Positions 20,327-30,179 are shown, counted from the stretch's first letter. The stretch is DNA of 64,000 nucleotides from an uncultured virus (IMG/VR IMGVR_UViG_3300042376_001667) (IMGVR_UViG_3300042376_001667); one strand, 5' to 3'. Numbers and translations are program-made. Notes: generated by a model not told the origin, from the sequence alone.

Positions 20327-21036
20327 TGAAACTCTTAAAAATCTTTTCCAAGCAGATTTTGAGTTGAGCGAAAAGGATCGTAAGTTGTATGAGCTTGCAA
20401 CTAAATACCATAAAATATGCGAAAGTTATGATCGAACTGTTTGTACAGGACCTATACTGCACGACTCAATTCAACATGCAAATTCGCGTGAAATGGCTCT
20501 AAGTCTTCAAAATGCAAGAAAAGTGCACAGTGAAGTACTTAAAGAAGCCCTTGCACATCAAATAACCGAGTCTGAACTTTGGAAAGCTATTGGTAGATAT
20601 GCGTGACGAAATTTGGGACATTCTTAAAGAGCGTTCTAAAACTAAGTTTGACGAAGATCGTGCTAGGTTTCTTACAGAAGCTTCTAGAGCAGATGATGGC
20701 AACTGGACTAAACATTCAGAGTACCATTGGTTTAGATTGCTTAACGGACAGCGCTTAGATTACTGGCCTAGCCGCCGTAAATATCAATATCTTGGAAAAA
20801 TCGCTCGTGGTAATATTTACAAATTTATTGAAAGGACTTTAAATGAGCAACCGAAATGAAGCCTATGTCATTTGTAATAACGACTCTATTGAGTTTGTTG
20901 TTATCGGTTCAGAAGCTGGAGCAATTGCAAAGCTGAAAGAAATGGAAGCAGATTACAAGAAGCGAAATAGCCATAATACAAATATGGCTTATTGGCACAT
21001 CCATACTGTAACCTACGAACATTTCTCAGGTGCATC

Positions 21037-21387
21037 ATGAAGACTAGTGAAATCTTTAGTCTTGCCAAACAAACTTTAAAAACACAGCACGACTTAAATA
21101 TTGAGGAATATAAACGAGATAAATACACTTGTATTGTGTTAACCAGACTTTCTCGTGATTCCTATATTACGCTAGAAGAAGAGATACGTTGTAAGAAAAT
21201 CTTAAGAGATTTACTAGGAAAAAACGTTAATGCTCTGGAGGGTTGGTTGAGGGATAATGATTATTTACCGCCCAGACAAATGAATGATAACAGCAATTAT
21301 GATAACGAAACTCTAGAGAAAATTTATAATACCAGACAAGCTTGGCTAGAATGGCTAATTAAAGAATATCAATCGAAGGGTGACTAA
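21037..21387 (+). CDS. hypothetical protein, family B copy 1
   Basis: MKTSEIFSL...YNTRQAWLEWLIKEYQSKGD; tandem paralog of 21389. Confidence 0.7.
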   Translation: MKTSEIFSLAKQTLKTQHDLNIEEYKRDKYTCIVLTRLSRDSYITLEEEIRCKKILRDLLGKNVNALEGWLRDNDYLPPRQMNDNSNYDNETLEKIYNTRQAWLEWLIKEYQSKGD

Positions 21388-21388
21388 T

Positions 21389-21742
21389 ATGAAGACTAGT
21401 GAAGTGTTTAAGCTTGTAAAGGAAAATCTTCAAAAACCAAGAGAGGTTAGCAGTTTTCGAACATTTGACTCCGAAGGGCGTTCACCTCTTATTTGTATTA
21501 CGCTAAACCATCTTCTGTCTAAAAGACTAATTACGTGGGCAGATAAAGAACGCTGTACAAATATTGTTCGTGTGTCGTTAGATTTAAACCCTACATTAGA
21601 AACATGGTTAATTAATAATAAACATTGTACTCCAGAAGATATTAAATATCCGCGAAGCCTTGAAACAACTCAAAAGCTTTACAATACCCGTCAAGCATGG
21701 CTTGATTGGTTAATTCAAAAATATCAATCCCAAAATGATTAA
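21389..21742 (+). CDS. hypothetical protein, family B copy 2
   Basis: MKTSEVFKL...YNTRQAWLDWLIQKYQSQND. Confidence 0.7.
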   Translation: MKTSEVFKLVKENLQKPREVSSFRTFDSEGRSPLICITLNHLLSKRLITWADKERCTNIVRVSLDLNPTLETWLINNKHCTPEDIKYPRSLETTQKLYNTRQAWLDWLIQKYQSQND

Positions 21743-21752
21743 AGGAATCATC

Positions 21753-22190
21753 ATGAATAAAACTTTTTTCGCAATCTTTGCTTTGGCTCTTTCAATTGTA
21801 GCTCATGCGGGTGATCATCACGAATCTGTAGACAGGTTTGATGGGACTGTTACACGAGTATTTCGAACTAATATTCAAGAATTCCGTGAAGGCGGTGGTC
21901 AAACATCAATGCAATTGTCTGATTTCGATGAAGATACTCAGACATTTCTTCTTTCGCTTGGTTCAGAACGCCCAACACGTTGTGACCAAAATTATGTAGA
22001 ACTTCGTACAGCTGACGGTGTAATTCATCGATTGGATGCACGAGAGATTCGCTTGAGGTTTTGTTTTGTTCGAGTCAAGGCGGATTATGTTAAACGTAAT
22101 TTTACTGTAAGGATTCCAATGTTTTCAGGAGACAGTGTTATCCTTCGAATGGATACAAGTACTCTAGACCCTTTCAGGCTTAAGAAGTGA
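21753..22190 (+). CDS. putative exported protein
   Basis: AAGGA RBS; signal-peptide-like MNKTFFAIFALALSIVAHA. Confidence 0.65.
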   Translation: MNKTFFAIFALALSIVAHAGDHHESVDRFDGTVTRVFRTNIQEFREGGGQTSMQLSDFDEDTQTFLLSLGSERPTRCDQNYVELRTADGVIHRLDAREIRLRFCFVRVKADYVKRNFTVRIPMFSGDSVILRMDTSTLDPFRLKK

Positions 22191-22683
22191 GGTTATAATG
22201 CCCTGTATGGATGTTTTTGCAGATCGCGAGGCTGCTGAAGAAGCTGCTGAGAGAAAAATCAAGCTTGAGGATAAAGTAGATTTTCTAGAAGCAGCTTTAT
22301 GTGCCGCAATGAAAGCTCTTGATGGAGATTATTCAAGATTTAATTTCGAAGAGGCTGGAATTAAAAAAGAAGAGCTTCGAAATTGGTGGCATAATCACAG
22401 ACGTAAAGATGAACGGAGGCTAGCTCGAAATGACAAGAAGAGTAAAGATTCAAATATCTGATGAAGATATTACTGAAATTGCAAAATCTATTAATTCTGG
22501 AAAAGAACTCTATTCTGCAATAGGTTATCTATCAACTTGGAACTTTAACCATGAAGAAGTTGTAATTCATAGAGGTATTAATTCGACAGATCTTGTTGCG
22601 CACTATTATAGAAAGGCAGAGTCACAAATTCCAGCCTATACTATTGGTGCAGTTTGGCATAATGACAAATATACATTTCACTC

Positions 22684-22917
22684 ATGACTAAGAAATTTTG
22701 TGTAAACTGTACGCATTATGTTGACAGCTTTTGTTTCCACCCTAATAATGGTATTAATCCCGTAACAGGACTAGGTTTTGAAAGAGAGCCACTTAGAAAC
22801 AGGACTTCAGATAAGGCTTGCGGGTGGGAAGGTCTTTGGTGGCAAAGCCGACATGAAGCCTGTACAGAATCAAAGAATACTATGGAGATTGTTAATGAAA
22901 TCTTTAAATATGATTAA
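22684..22917 (+). CDS. Cys-rich protein, family C copy 1
   Basis: KKFCVNC...CFHPNNG...CGWEGLWW. Confidence 0.7.
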   Translation: MTKKFCVNCTHYVDSFCFHPNNGINPVTGLGFEREPLRNRTSDKACGWEGLWWQSRHEACTESKNTMEIVNEIFKYD

Positions 22918-23140
22918 ATGGCATAAAGGACCCCCACCTTCTATTGGTTGGTGGCCTGCGAGCCATTGTAAAGATGAAAACACATTGCGCTGGTGGAATG
23001 GAAAATACTGGGGTCTTTCAGTAAACTCGACGTATGATATCAAAGATGTAATTCAATTTGCAAAGGTAAAAGCGCCTTTTCAAGACGGTATTGAATGGAC
23101 AGATAGACCTTCTACTTGGCCAGAAAGGAGTAGGACATGA
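22910..23140 (+). CDS. Trp-rich small protein, family A copy 2
   Basis: MIKWHKGPPPSIGWWPAS...WTDRPSTWPERSRT. Confidence 0.75.
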   Translation: MIKWHKGPPPSIGWWPASHCKDENTLRWWNGKYWGLSVNSTYDIKDVIQFAKVKAPFQDGIEWTDRPSTWPERSRT

Positions 23141-23367
23141 CTAAATGGCATAGAGGTCCGCCACCCTCTATAGGTTGGTGGCCTGCTGATTTCTCCAAAA
23201 ATATTTCTGTATTGCGTTGGTGGAATGGGCAACATTGGAGTATTGGAGTAGCTTCGTCTTTCAGCATGGCAGACGTAAGATATTGTGCACATATCAAGGC
23301 CTTTAACCAAGACTTTATTCTATGGACAGATAGACCTTCTACTTGGCCAGAAAAGAGTAGGACATGA
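23137..23367 (+). CDS. Trp-rich small protein, family A copy 3
   Basis: MTKWHRGPPPSIGWWPAD...WTDRPSTWPEKSRT. Confidence 0.75.
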   Translation: MTKWHRGPPPSIGWWPADFSKNISVLRWWNGQHWSIGVASSFSMADVRYCAHIKAFNQDFILWTDRPSTWPEKSRT

Positions 23368-23717
23368 CAAAATTTTGTAAAGACTGTAAATTTATTAAGC
23401 GTACTACAAGGGTTGCAAGCGTTTGTAGTCATCCTAATAATGGTCTAAGTCTTGTAAGCGGCCAACCCCTTCATAAATCCCCAGCTGAAAATCGTTCTAA
23501 TTCTCAAAGTTGCGGTGAAGAAGGTAAATGGTGGGAACAGCTGCATCATGAGTATATTGTATATGAGTTTGTTTGGACAACATTGGGAGGAATTAAGACA
23601 TATGAGACTTCGGAAGAAGATTTCGAAAAGGCTTTGACAAAAGCTAAAAATATGGGTTATAAACCTCGCAAATGGTATAATCCGCTTACTTGGCAAAACC
23701 ATCACACGCTAGATTGA
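23364..23717 (+). CDS. Cys-rich protein, family C copy 2
   Basis: KFCKDC...CSHPNNG...CGEEGKWW...ALTKAK.MGYKP.KWYNP. Confidence 0.7.
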   Translation: MTKFCKDCKFIKRTTRVASVCSHPNNGLSLVSGQPLHKSPAENRSNSQSCGEEGKWWEQLHHEYIVYEFVWTTLGGIKTYETSEEDFEKALTKAKNMGYKPRKWYNPLTWQNHHTLD

Positions 23718-23732
23718 CTCAAAGCTAATTGT

Positions 23733-24086
23733 ATGACAAAACTTTGCATTCATTGTAAATTCTTTGAAGAAACTGGGCCTTTTAAAGATTGTCGTCATTA
23801 TAATAACGGCGTCAACTTAGTTGATGGAATAACAATTCGAAATTCAGCGTTTGTAAATAGAAGTAACTCATCACAGTGCGGCGAAGAAGGCAAATGGTAT
23901 GAAGAGAAAGAGTATCTAATTACATTTGAGTTCCGAAGGCTTACTTTAACAGGTTTTGATTATCAAGTGCTTTCAAGAAAACACTTCCATGAAGCTTTAA
24001 CTAAAGCTAAACAGTTTGGCTATAAACCTTGCAAATGGTACAATCCATTTACTTGGTTTAATTCTCACCGTATAGCTAGTTCTTAA
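23733..24086 (+). CDS. Cys-rich protein, family C copy 3
   Basis: KLCIHC...CRHYNNG...CGEEGKWY...ALTKAK.FGYKP.KWYNP. Confidence 0.7.
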   Translation: MTKLCIHCKFFEETGPFKDCRHYNNGVNLVDGITIRNSAFVNRSNSSQCGEEGKWYEEKEYLITFEFRRLTLTGFDYQVLSRKHFHEALTKAKQFGYKPCKWYNPFTWFNSHRIASS

Positions 24087-24088
24087 TA

Positions 24089-24162
24089 CTCTTCCACTGA
24101 CTACCCTTTATGGGTGGTTGGTGGAGGAGACCCCTCTTTTTTTTTTTTTTTTTTTTTTTTTT
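24089..24162 (+). terminator. long terminator-like hairpin plus 26-nt poly-T tract
   Basis: 18-bp stem CTCTTCCACTGACTACCC/GGGTGGTTGGTGGAGGAG (four G-U) then T26 at 24137-24162, ending the early gene array. Confidence 0.75.
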
Positions 24163-24192
24163 GATAAAATACACAAAATGGCCTTAGCCAAA

Positions 24193-24208
24193 CCCGTTAG
24201 ATTAACCC
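24193..24208 (+). promoter_or_regulatory. repeated motif CCCGTTAGATTAACCC, candidate phage RNAP promoter
   Basis: Exact 16-mer shared with 49001-49016 (flanks AGCCAAA and A also shared); precedes the morphogenesis module. Confidence 0.65.
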
Positions 24209-24520
24209 AAGGACGTTCCTCCCTGAAGATATCACCTAAGGACACCTTAGTTAGTAGTATTGTATTATAGTAATATTATATATAAATATAGTATATAGTA
24301 TTATAAATATAATAAACTAATATAACAAAATATACTTAAAGATAACATTGAAGAAGGTACCTTCTCGATGCCGTCGGTTCGGGCTTTGCGCTAAGTCGAT
24401 GATTTTTAAGGACTTTTTGAAAAGGTTGGAATAAAGTGGTGTTTGTTTTTCTGTGTTAGAAACCTTGCGCCACAGCCGGGAGGAACTCCCTAACAAATAC
24501 CGAATAGGAGCAAGTTTACT

Positions 24521-24706
24521 ATGTTAAGCGTATTAAAATCCAGAACAGTCTGGTATGCAATCATTATTGCAGTGTTATCTGTATTACAAGGCTTTGTGTT
24601 TGCATTACCTGTGACACCGTTTGAACAAGCTATGATTGGTTGTGCAATTGCAGTAGGCATTGTTATTTTACGTGCTATCACAACACAGCCGATTAATCAA
24701 AAATAA
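24521..24706 (+). CDS. putative holin
   Basis: AGGAG RBS; 61 aa with two hydrophobic segments, KSRTVW N-terminus and LRAITTQPI C-terminus. Confidence 0.65.
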   Translation: MLSVLKSRTVWYAIIIAVLSVLQGFVFALPVTPFEQAMIGCAIAVGIVILRAITTQPINQK

Positions 24707-24751
24707 ATAGTGGAGTTAGATCTCCTGGTTGTTAATCTAAATTAATACACA

Positions 24752-25204
24752 ATGAATGATGTAATAACTCAACCTGAGCTTCCAAGAGGCCGAACTCCAG
24801 GCAAACCAGTTTATGCACTCGGAGCTAAGCGCTCGGTTGCGAGATTAAAGGCCTTAGGATATGATCCTATCGGTTCCTTAGTGGATAAATACAATGAGCT
24901 TGAAGATGAGCTCAAAAGACAAAAGAAAATTCGTAGCAATGAACTTGTGGAATTAACTGCGTCTGGAAGGCCTCGTGCTTATAATCCAGAAACGCTAATG
25001 GCCATCTATGAAAAGCAAATTAATATTGCACAAAACCTACTTAGATACGGTTACGGGCGTGTTCCTGAAAATACGCTGGAGACACCTAAGACTGTTAAGC
25101 CTATGATAGTCAATTTGACTAAAAAGGGTGAAACATACATAGTTAACGATACACCAGATGAGGATTTTGGTTATGAAGACGATGAAACCGATTTATCTGA
25201 ATAG
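24752..25204 (+). CDS. putative terminase small subunit
   Basis: Upstream of TerL; GRTPGK N-terminal motif, LGYDPI, helical core, acidic tail. Confidence 0.55.
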   Translation: MNDVITQPELPRGRTPGKPVYALGAKRSVARLKALGYDPIGSLVDKYNELEDELKRQKKIRSNELVELTASGRPRAYNPETLMAIYEKQINIAQNLLRYGYGRVPENTLETPKTVKPMIVNLTKKGETYIVNDTPDEDFGYEDDETDLSE

Positions 25205-25501
25205 TCAAGCAGGAATTGACCTTTATAGCTATCTAAAAAATGTTCTTGCATTTCCAGATAACTGTTTAGAGGTAACTATAAAGCTTAAACACAATGACAT
25301 GATTCAAGTTGATTGTCTTTATTATCCTAGGGGTCCTAATTGTGAACCAGTTTCAGAAACCTTTAGTGTGTTCCCCAGCCAACAATCCTGATCTTTTTAA
25401 TTATTTGTGTCAAAGAGTGCTTGGGCAGAATGTTCAGCAATTCACCACAAATACTATTAGAGGCTTTAGGATCGAACCTGTTTTTACTAAAGAGGTCGAA
25501 G

Positions 25502-25720
25502 ATGCCAGACCAAAGAACTCTTGACACTTTAGACTTAGAAACAGTGAATAAAGTGTTAGACCAAACACTTGAACAATCTATTCAATCAGAGAGAAGCTTT
25601 GATGCTATACAAAGCTTTCTAACAAATTACAAGATTAATTTAGAGCATGTCGCTAAATCAAATCAAAAAGAAACTTCGATGCAATATGAAAGTTTCTATC
25701 GGATTACTAATTTAATTTAG
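25502..25720 (+). CDS. hypothetical protein
   Basis: GAGG RBS before ATG 25502; ends just before TerL. Confidence 0.55.
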   Translation: MPDQRTLDTLDLETVNKVLDQTLEQSIQSERSFDAIQSFLTNYKINLEHVAKSNQKETSMQYESFYRITNLI

Positions 25721-25722
25721 AG

Positions 25723-27069
25723 ATGTCAATAAATCTGCATGAAGGTCAATCGGAAGTATATGAAGACTTATTTGTAAACAAGGATTGTAGGTTTGCAGCT
25801 GTGTGTTGTTCACGTGGTTGGGGCAAGTCCTATCTAGCTGCCACTGCTGCAGTTACTGCTGTGTTCGAGCTCATGGCTCTTGAGGCATACATCCCCAATA
25901 AGACCGTTTACATTATTGCGCCTACGTATGATCAAGTGACAGATATTTACTATCCACTGATCAATTACGATTTAGGTATTGAAGACCACGCAATTAAGTC
26001 TTCTAGAGATCTGGGAAGATTTATATTTCCACGAAATGTTGAATTAAGGCTTTTGTCTTATGAAGCAGTCGAAAGAATGCGGGGTAAAGGTGCCTATTTT
26101 GTTGTGTGGGACGAAGTCTCCTCCTGCAAAAAAGGAATTACCCCAAAAGAAGCTTGGGAAGGTGTCATCCAACCTACCATCATTACTCGGTGGTCCAACA
26201 AACGGGCGGCTGCATACGGTGCAAAATCGCCTGGAAGAGCCTTAATCATTAGTACTCCAAAGGGTTTTAATTACTTTCATGAGATGCATACTTATGAAAG
26301 TATTAATAACAATTGGAAATCATATCATTACGACTACAAGAGCTCTCCATTTCTAGATATTGATGAAATTGAGAGACTTAAGCATACGCTTGATCCTATC
26401 GAGTTTGCATCAGAATATCTTGCGTCTTTCCAAGAATCTGGTAAGACTGTATTTTATTGCTTTGACAGAAAGAAACATGTCAAGAGTGATCTACCCTATT
26501 TCGATCCTCCAAAAGATGATGAAATGGGTGAAGATGTTCATGTAAACATAGACTTTAACGTAGGACTTCAATGTTCTTCAGCATTTGCACTTCGAGGAAA
26601 ACAAATCCATATCCTTGATGAATTCAAAGGTCATCCAGATACTGAGACTTTAGCTAATGTCTTGAAAGAGAAGTATAAAGGACATCGTATTTTTGCTTAT
26701 CCAGATCCTTCTGGCAGAGCACGTAAAACTTCTGCCCCTGTGGGTAGAACAGACTTTAGTATACTAGAAGCTGCAGGCATTCGTTGTCTTGCACACCCAA
26801 AAGCTCCTCCAATTATTGATTCAGTTGCTGCAGTCAACAAAAAACTTTTAACTGCTGCTGGCGACATAGGAATGTATATTTCTTCCAAGTGTACAGGTGT
26901 TATTATGTCTTTAGAACGTACTAAGTGGGTTGACAATAACTCTGATACTGCTGTAATTGATAAGTCTGAGAGTCTCGAACACTTCTCAGACGGTATTCGT
27001 TATGGTACTGAATACTTATTCCCTGTACAACAAGGTACTAAGAGAGTTTCTAGAGGCTTTAATTTCTAG
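25723..27069 (+). CDS. terL: terminase large subunit
   Basis: LHEGQ Q-motif, Walker A CSRGWGKS, Walker B VVWDE, ISTPKG motif III, nuclease IDFNV and HFSDGIRY. Confidence 0.95.
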   Translation: MSINLHEGQSEVYEDLFVNKDCRFAAVCCSRGWGKSYLAATAAVTAVFELMALEAYIPNKTVYIIAPTYDQVTDIYYPLINYDLGIEDHAIKSSRDLGRFIFPRNVELRLLSYEAVERMRGKGAYFVVWDEVSSCKKGITPKEAWEGVIQPTIITRWSNKRAAAYGAKSPGRALIISTPKGFNYFHEMHTYESINNNWKSYHYDYKSSPFLDIDEIERLKHTLDPIEFASEYLASFQESGKTVFYCFDRKKHVKSDLPYFDPPKDDEMGEDVHVNIDFNVGLQCSSAFALRGKQIHILDEFKGHPDTETLANVLKEKYKGHRIFAYPDPSGRARKTSAPVGRTDFSILEAAGIRCLAHPKAPPIIDSVAAVNKKLLTAAGDIGMYISSKCTGVIMSLERTKWVDNNSDTAVIDKSESLEHFSDGIRYGTEYLFPVQQGTKRVSRGFNF

Positions 27070-27111
27070 ACAAACGGACGGAGATCCGTGATTTATAATA
27101 AAGGAATTTTT

Positions 27112-28110
27112 ATGGACATGAATATCCCGGAAACAATACCGGGAATTAAAGACGCCTTACTTAAGCATTCGATGGAAAATGCTGAGAGGTTTGGTGCAGT
27201 AGATGCGTCAACAGATGCACTATGGAAAGCTGTCGATAAGTTAGAAAAACACGAAGCACAAGAAGAAAAAGAAAAGGAAAATAAAATGGCTAACGAGACG
27301 ATCAATGTGGGCGGTTCTGACAACAATGCAGCTATGATGATGGCTGCTTTGGCAGGTCGTGGAGGTGGTGGTGATGGTCTGTTCGGCGGTGGTGCTGGTG
27401 GCGGTGGCGTTATTGGAGGCTTGATCCTTGGCAGTTTGCTGCGTAATAATGGCAATCTGTTTGGTGGAGATGGTAATGGTGCCGGCGTCGTTGGTGGCGC
27501 TGTTCTTCGTAGCCCTCCTGAGCAAGTCCAAGCCAATATGGACTTGATGGCCTCTATTGGACAAGTAGACAAAGCTGTCGCCGTAGGTACTGCTGCTATG
27601 GAAGCCTCACAAGCTGCCCAAAGTGCTAGTATCGTAAGCCAGTTTAATTCTGTCACAGGTTCTCTTGCCAATCGTATCGAAGGCGTTAAAGATAGTGTTA
27701 ATGCTGGCACTATGGTGCTTGCACAACAAATTAACGGTCTGTCGACTCAAGTCTTGCAGAATCGTTATGAGTTGTCTAAAGACATTTCTAATGATGGTGA
27801 AAAGACTCGTGCTCTTATCACAGCTCAAAACGAAGCTACTTTGAATCGTCAACTGAGTGATGCAAACGCAGCAGTTATTGCATTACAAGGTCGTTTCGAT
27901 ACAGCTGAACGTACTCGTGGTGTCGAAGTGACTACTACAAACAACATTAACCAGATGCAGCAACAACAACAGCAACAGCAGCAATGGGGACAAATGTACA
28001 ATGTTCTTTGGGGTTTGGCTCAAAACATTCGCTCCAGCAATGAAGCGATCAATGTCGGAAGTGGTACTCTGACAGCGAACCCTGCAAATACCAATACTAA
28101 TATTCGTTAA
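27112..28110 (+). CDS. Gly-rich/coiled-coil hypothetical protein (alternative internal start at 27286)
   Basis: Two in-frame ATGs each with AAGGA RBS; Gly-rich hydrophobic segment, coiled coil, poly-Q tract. Confidence 0.75.
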   Translation: MDMNIPETIPGIKDALLKHSMENAERFGAVDASTDALWKAVDKLEKHEAQEEKEKENKMANETINVGGSDNNAAMMMAALAGRGGGGDGLFGGGAGGGGVIGGLILGSLLRNNGNLFGGDGNGAGVVGGAVLRSPPEQVQANMDLMASIGQVDKAVAVGTAAMEASQAAQSASIVSQFNSVTGSLANRIEGVKDSVNAGTMVLAQQINGLSTQVLQNRYELSKDISNDGEKTRALITAQNEATLNRQLSDANAAVIALQGRFDTAERTRGVEVTTTNNINQMQQQQQQQQQWGQMYNVLWGLAQNIRSSNEAINVGSGTLTANPANTNTNIR

Positions 28111-28119
28111 TATTAGTCT

Positions 28120-28155
28120 GCCCCGCAGCTTTTAAACAAGTTGTGGGGCTTTTTT
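28120..28155 (+). terminator. Rho-independent terminator
   Basis: GCCCCGCAGCTT/AAGTTGTGGGGC stem followed by TTTTTT. Confidence 0.85.
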
Positions 28156-28167
28156 GGGAGTATAATA

Positions 28168-28749
28168 ATGATAAAAAATCCATTCCCATTTAGTTTTCCG
28201 TTTAATTATCCGCCTGTGATGCTAACGCCACAGCCGATGTTACCAATTCCTCCTCAAATTATTGATGATTCAGACATTAATATACACCATACAGGAGGTA
28301 CTGGTCAAATAGGTCCTCCTGGACCACAAGGTGAGCAAGGACCTCCAGGGTTGCCGGGTGAGCAAGGCCTAACAGGACCTCAAGGTGTTCCTGGAATGCA
28401 AGGGCCTAAGGGCGATACTGGTCCACAAGGGCCTCCAGGACAAAGAGGTCCTGATATAGATTGTTGTAATACAAATACTAGATTAATTTCCGAAGATTAC
28501 GCAGCTACAACTAAGGATTGGTACATAGGTGTCAATTCAAAGAAGGCTGTTAAGATAACCTTACCGATGCTTCCCTCAGATGGAATGCAGATTATTGTTA
28601 AGTTAGAAATGGGTGCTCCTATTGGAAATAGGAAAGTCACTATTGTAGGTATTCCATCTAAAATAGATGGTAGTAATGACAAGGTGCTACAAGAGCCTTA
28701 CGAAAGTATTGTATTAATCTATCGGGAAGGTTGGAATGTAATAAAATAG
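28168..28749 (+). CDS. collagen-like triple-helix repeat protein (fibre/decoration)
   Basis: About 17 consecutive G-X-Y triplets ([16 protein letters not shown]...). Confidence 0.85.
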   Translation: MIKNPFPFSFPFNYPPVMLTPQPMLPIPPQIIDDSDINIHHTGGTGQIGPPGPQGEQGPPGLPGEQGLTGPQGVPGMQGPKGDTGPQGPPGQRGPDIDCCNTNTRLISEDYAATTKDWYIGVNSKKAVKITLPMLPSDGMQIIVKLEMGAPIGNRKVTIVGIPSKIDGSNDKVLQEPYESIVLIYREGWNVIK

Positions 28750-28759
28750 AAAGGTTTAT

Positions 28760-29353
28760 ATGGCAAGATCTCCACTTACAGATACTTCGGATGATCTTAT
28801 ACAAGACTCAGGTTCAGTACTTTGGTCTTTTGTAAAAGGTGAGCAACTAGAATTCCCAATTACTTTGAATTTTGTTGAGGATGTGACAGCAGGATACACT
28901 TATGAAGCTGTTATTGTCGAAGCTTTAAATGTTTCAGAACAAACATCCAAACCTCTAACAATAAAACCAAGTGGGGTACAAACAATACTAAATGTAAGAG
29001 TTCCTACTAAACGTGGTACTTGGGATGCTGCTCAAGCATATAATAGAGAGGATGTTGTATTATATGCTGGTATATATTATAAGTTGTTAAAAGGCGCTGC
29101 AAGGACTAATTCAACACCTCCTTCATCAGATTCGCTGTGGCAGGTAACAACGTTAAGTAAAATTTATTTACAATTTCCATCTACATTAGGTTCTACTTGG
29201 CAGATAGCACCGATTGTTGGTTCAGCTGTATATGGCTTTTTTGAGCTTAGAGTTACCGAACCTACTGATAATATCTTCAGACGTACATGGAAACCCGTAA
29301 GAGGTATGGTAGAACTGTTGTTCAGCCCTACTGATATTGTTCCAGATGTTTAA
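28760..29353 (+). CDS. putative structural protein with small carbohydrate-binding-like motif
   Basis: WDAAQAYNREDVVLYAGIYY...PPSSDSLW resembles CBM5/12-type repeats. Confidence 0.55.
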   Translation: MARSPLTDTSDDLIQDSGSVLWSFVKGEQLEFPITLNFVEDVTAGYTYEAVIVEALNVSEQTSKPLTIKPSGVQTILNVRVPTKRGTWDAAQAYNREDVVLYAGIYYKLLKGAARTNSTPPSSDSLWQVTTLSKIYLQFPSTLGSTWQIAPIVGSAVYGFFELRVTEPTDNIFRRTWKPVRGMVELLFSPTDIVPDV

Positions 29354-29361
29354 AGAATTCT

Positions 29362-30171
29362 ATGGCTACTAAAGACCTATATTTTGTTGCTCAAGAGCCT
29401 ATTCCGTATTTCACAAATGTTGAAAAAACAGTTACTGTTAATACTCCACAAATAATTGAAAATGTCTCTTACCAAACTGAAATTACTTCTACCAACATTA
29501 CCGATATAGCTTTGAATATTAATTTGTCTGGATTTGGTGAAGAAAATATACCAGATCCTAGCTTGTTTGCATTTAAAGAAGAATTTCTCGGTATTTTTGA
29601 TGCATATTCCTTGAATTATTCAAAAAGCCTTGTCGAATCAGTCGCTGCTGTAGATAGTCTTAATGTATCTTTAGCGTATTTTAGGAATATCTCAGATATA
29701 ATTAAAGCTACAGATGACATTTTAGGTGAAGCAAATATTGATGATGATCAATATTTGTTTTTTACAAAGTTACTCGATGATTCTGCAACAATTACAGATT
29801 CAATCTCTTTTCAAAACAGCTTTAACAGATTTTTTACAGATTCTCCGGTTTTAGCTGATTCTTTCTCTAACGTTTTTTCTAAAAATATTAACGAATCTCT
29901 TACAGTATCTGATGCATTAATAGTTTTCTTTGATAGAGCCTCTATTATAAATGATACAGCAGGCTCTACGGACAGTTTTATAAAGTCAATCTCACAAAAT
30001 AACTCTGAATCGGTAGCAATTTCTGACACAATAGCACTTCAAATGGCCTTTAATAGAGCCTTGTCAGATACATTAACTATTAGTGAATTTAAGATACTAG
30101 TAATTCAGAATTATTTTAGCGACCCCTCTTATTCAACTGAGGGTTATTCGGGTACTATCTATACAATTTGA
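29362..30171 (+). CDS. putative structural/fibre-associated protein
   Basis: S/T/D-rich quasi-repeats (xxSDxxxxxD); inside fibre gene block. Confidence 0.55.
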   Translation: MATKDLYFVAQEPIPYFTNVEKTVTVNTPQIIENVSYQTEITSTNITDIALNINLSGFGEENIPDPSLFAFKEEFLGIFDAYSLNYSKSLVESVAAVDSLNVSLAYFRNISDIIKATDDILGEANIDDDQYLFFTKLLDDSATITDSISFQNSFNRFFTDSPVLADSFSNVFSKNINESLTVSDALIVFFDRASIINDTAGSTDSFIKSISQNNSESVAISDTIALQMAFNRALSDTLTISEFKILVIQNYFSDPSYSTEGYSGTIYTI

Positions 30172-30179
30172 GGAAAAAG

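Noticed and set aside
22910..23367. CRISPR array or diversity-generating retroelement suggested by repeated segments
   Set aside because: Repeats are protein-coding paralog ends; no regular repeat-spacer period, no adenine-specific variation noticed, no reverse transcriptase in the window
24731..24740. Inverted partial copy GTTAATCTAA of the repeated promoter motif (also partial GTTATTAACCC near 38945)
   Set aside because: Only 10-11 AT-rich bases match; plausible by chance
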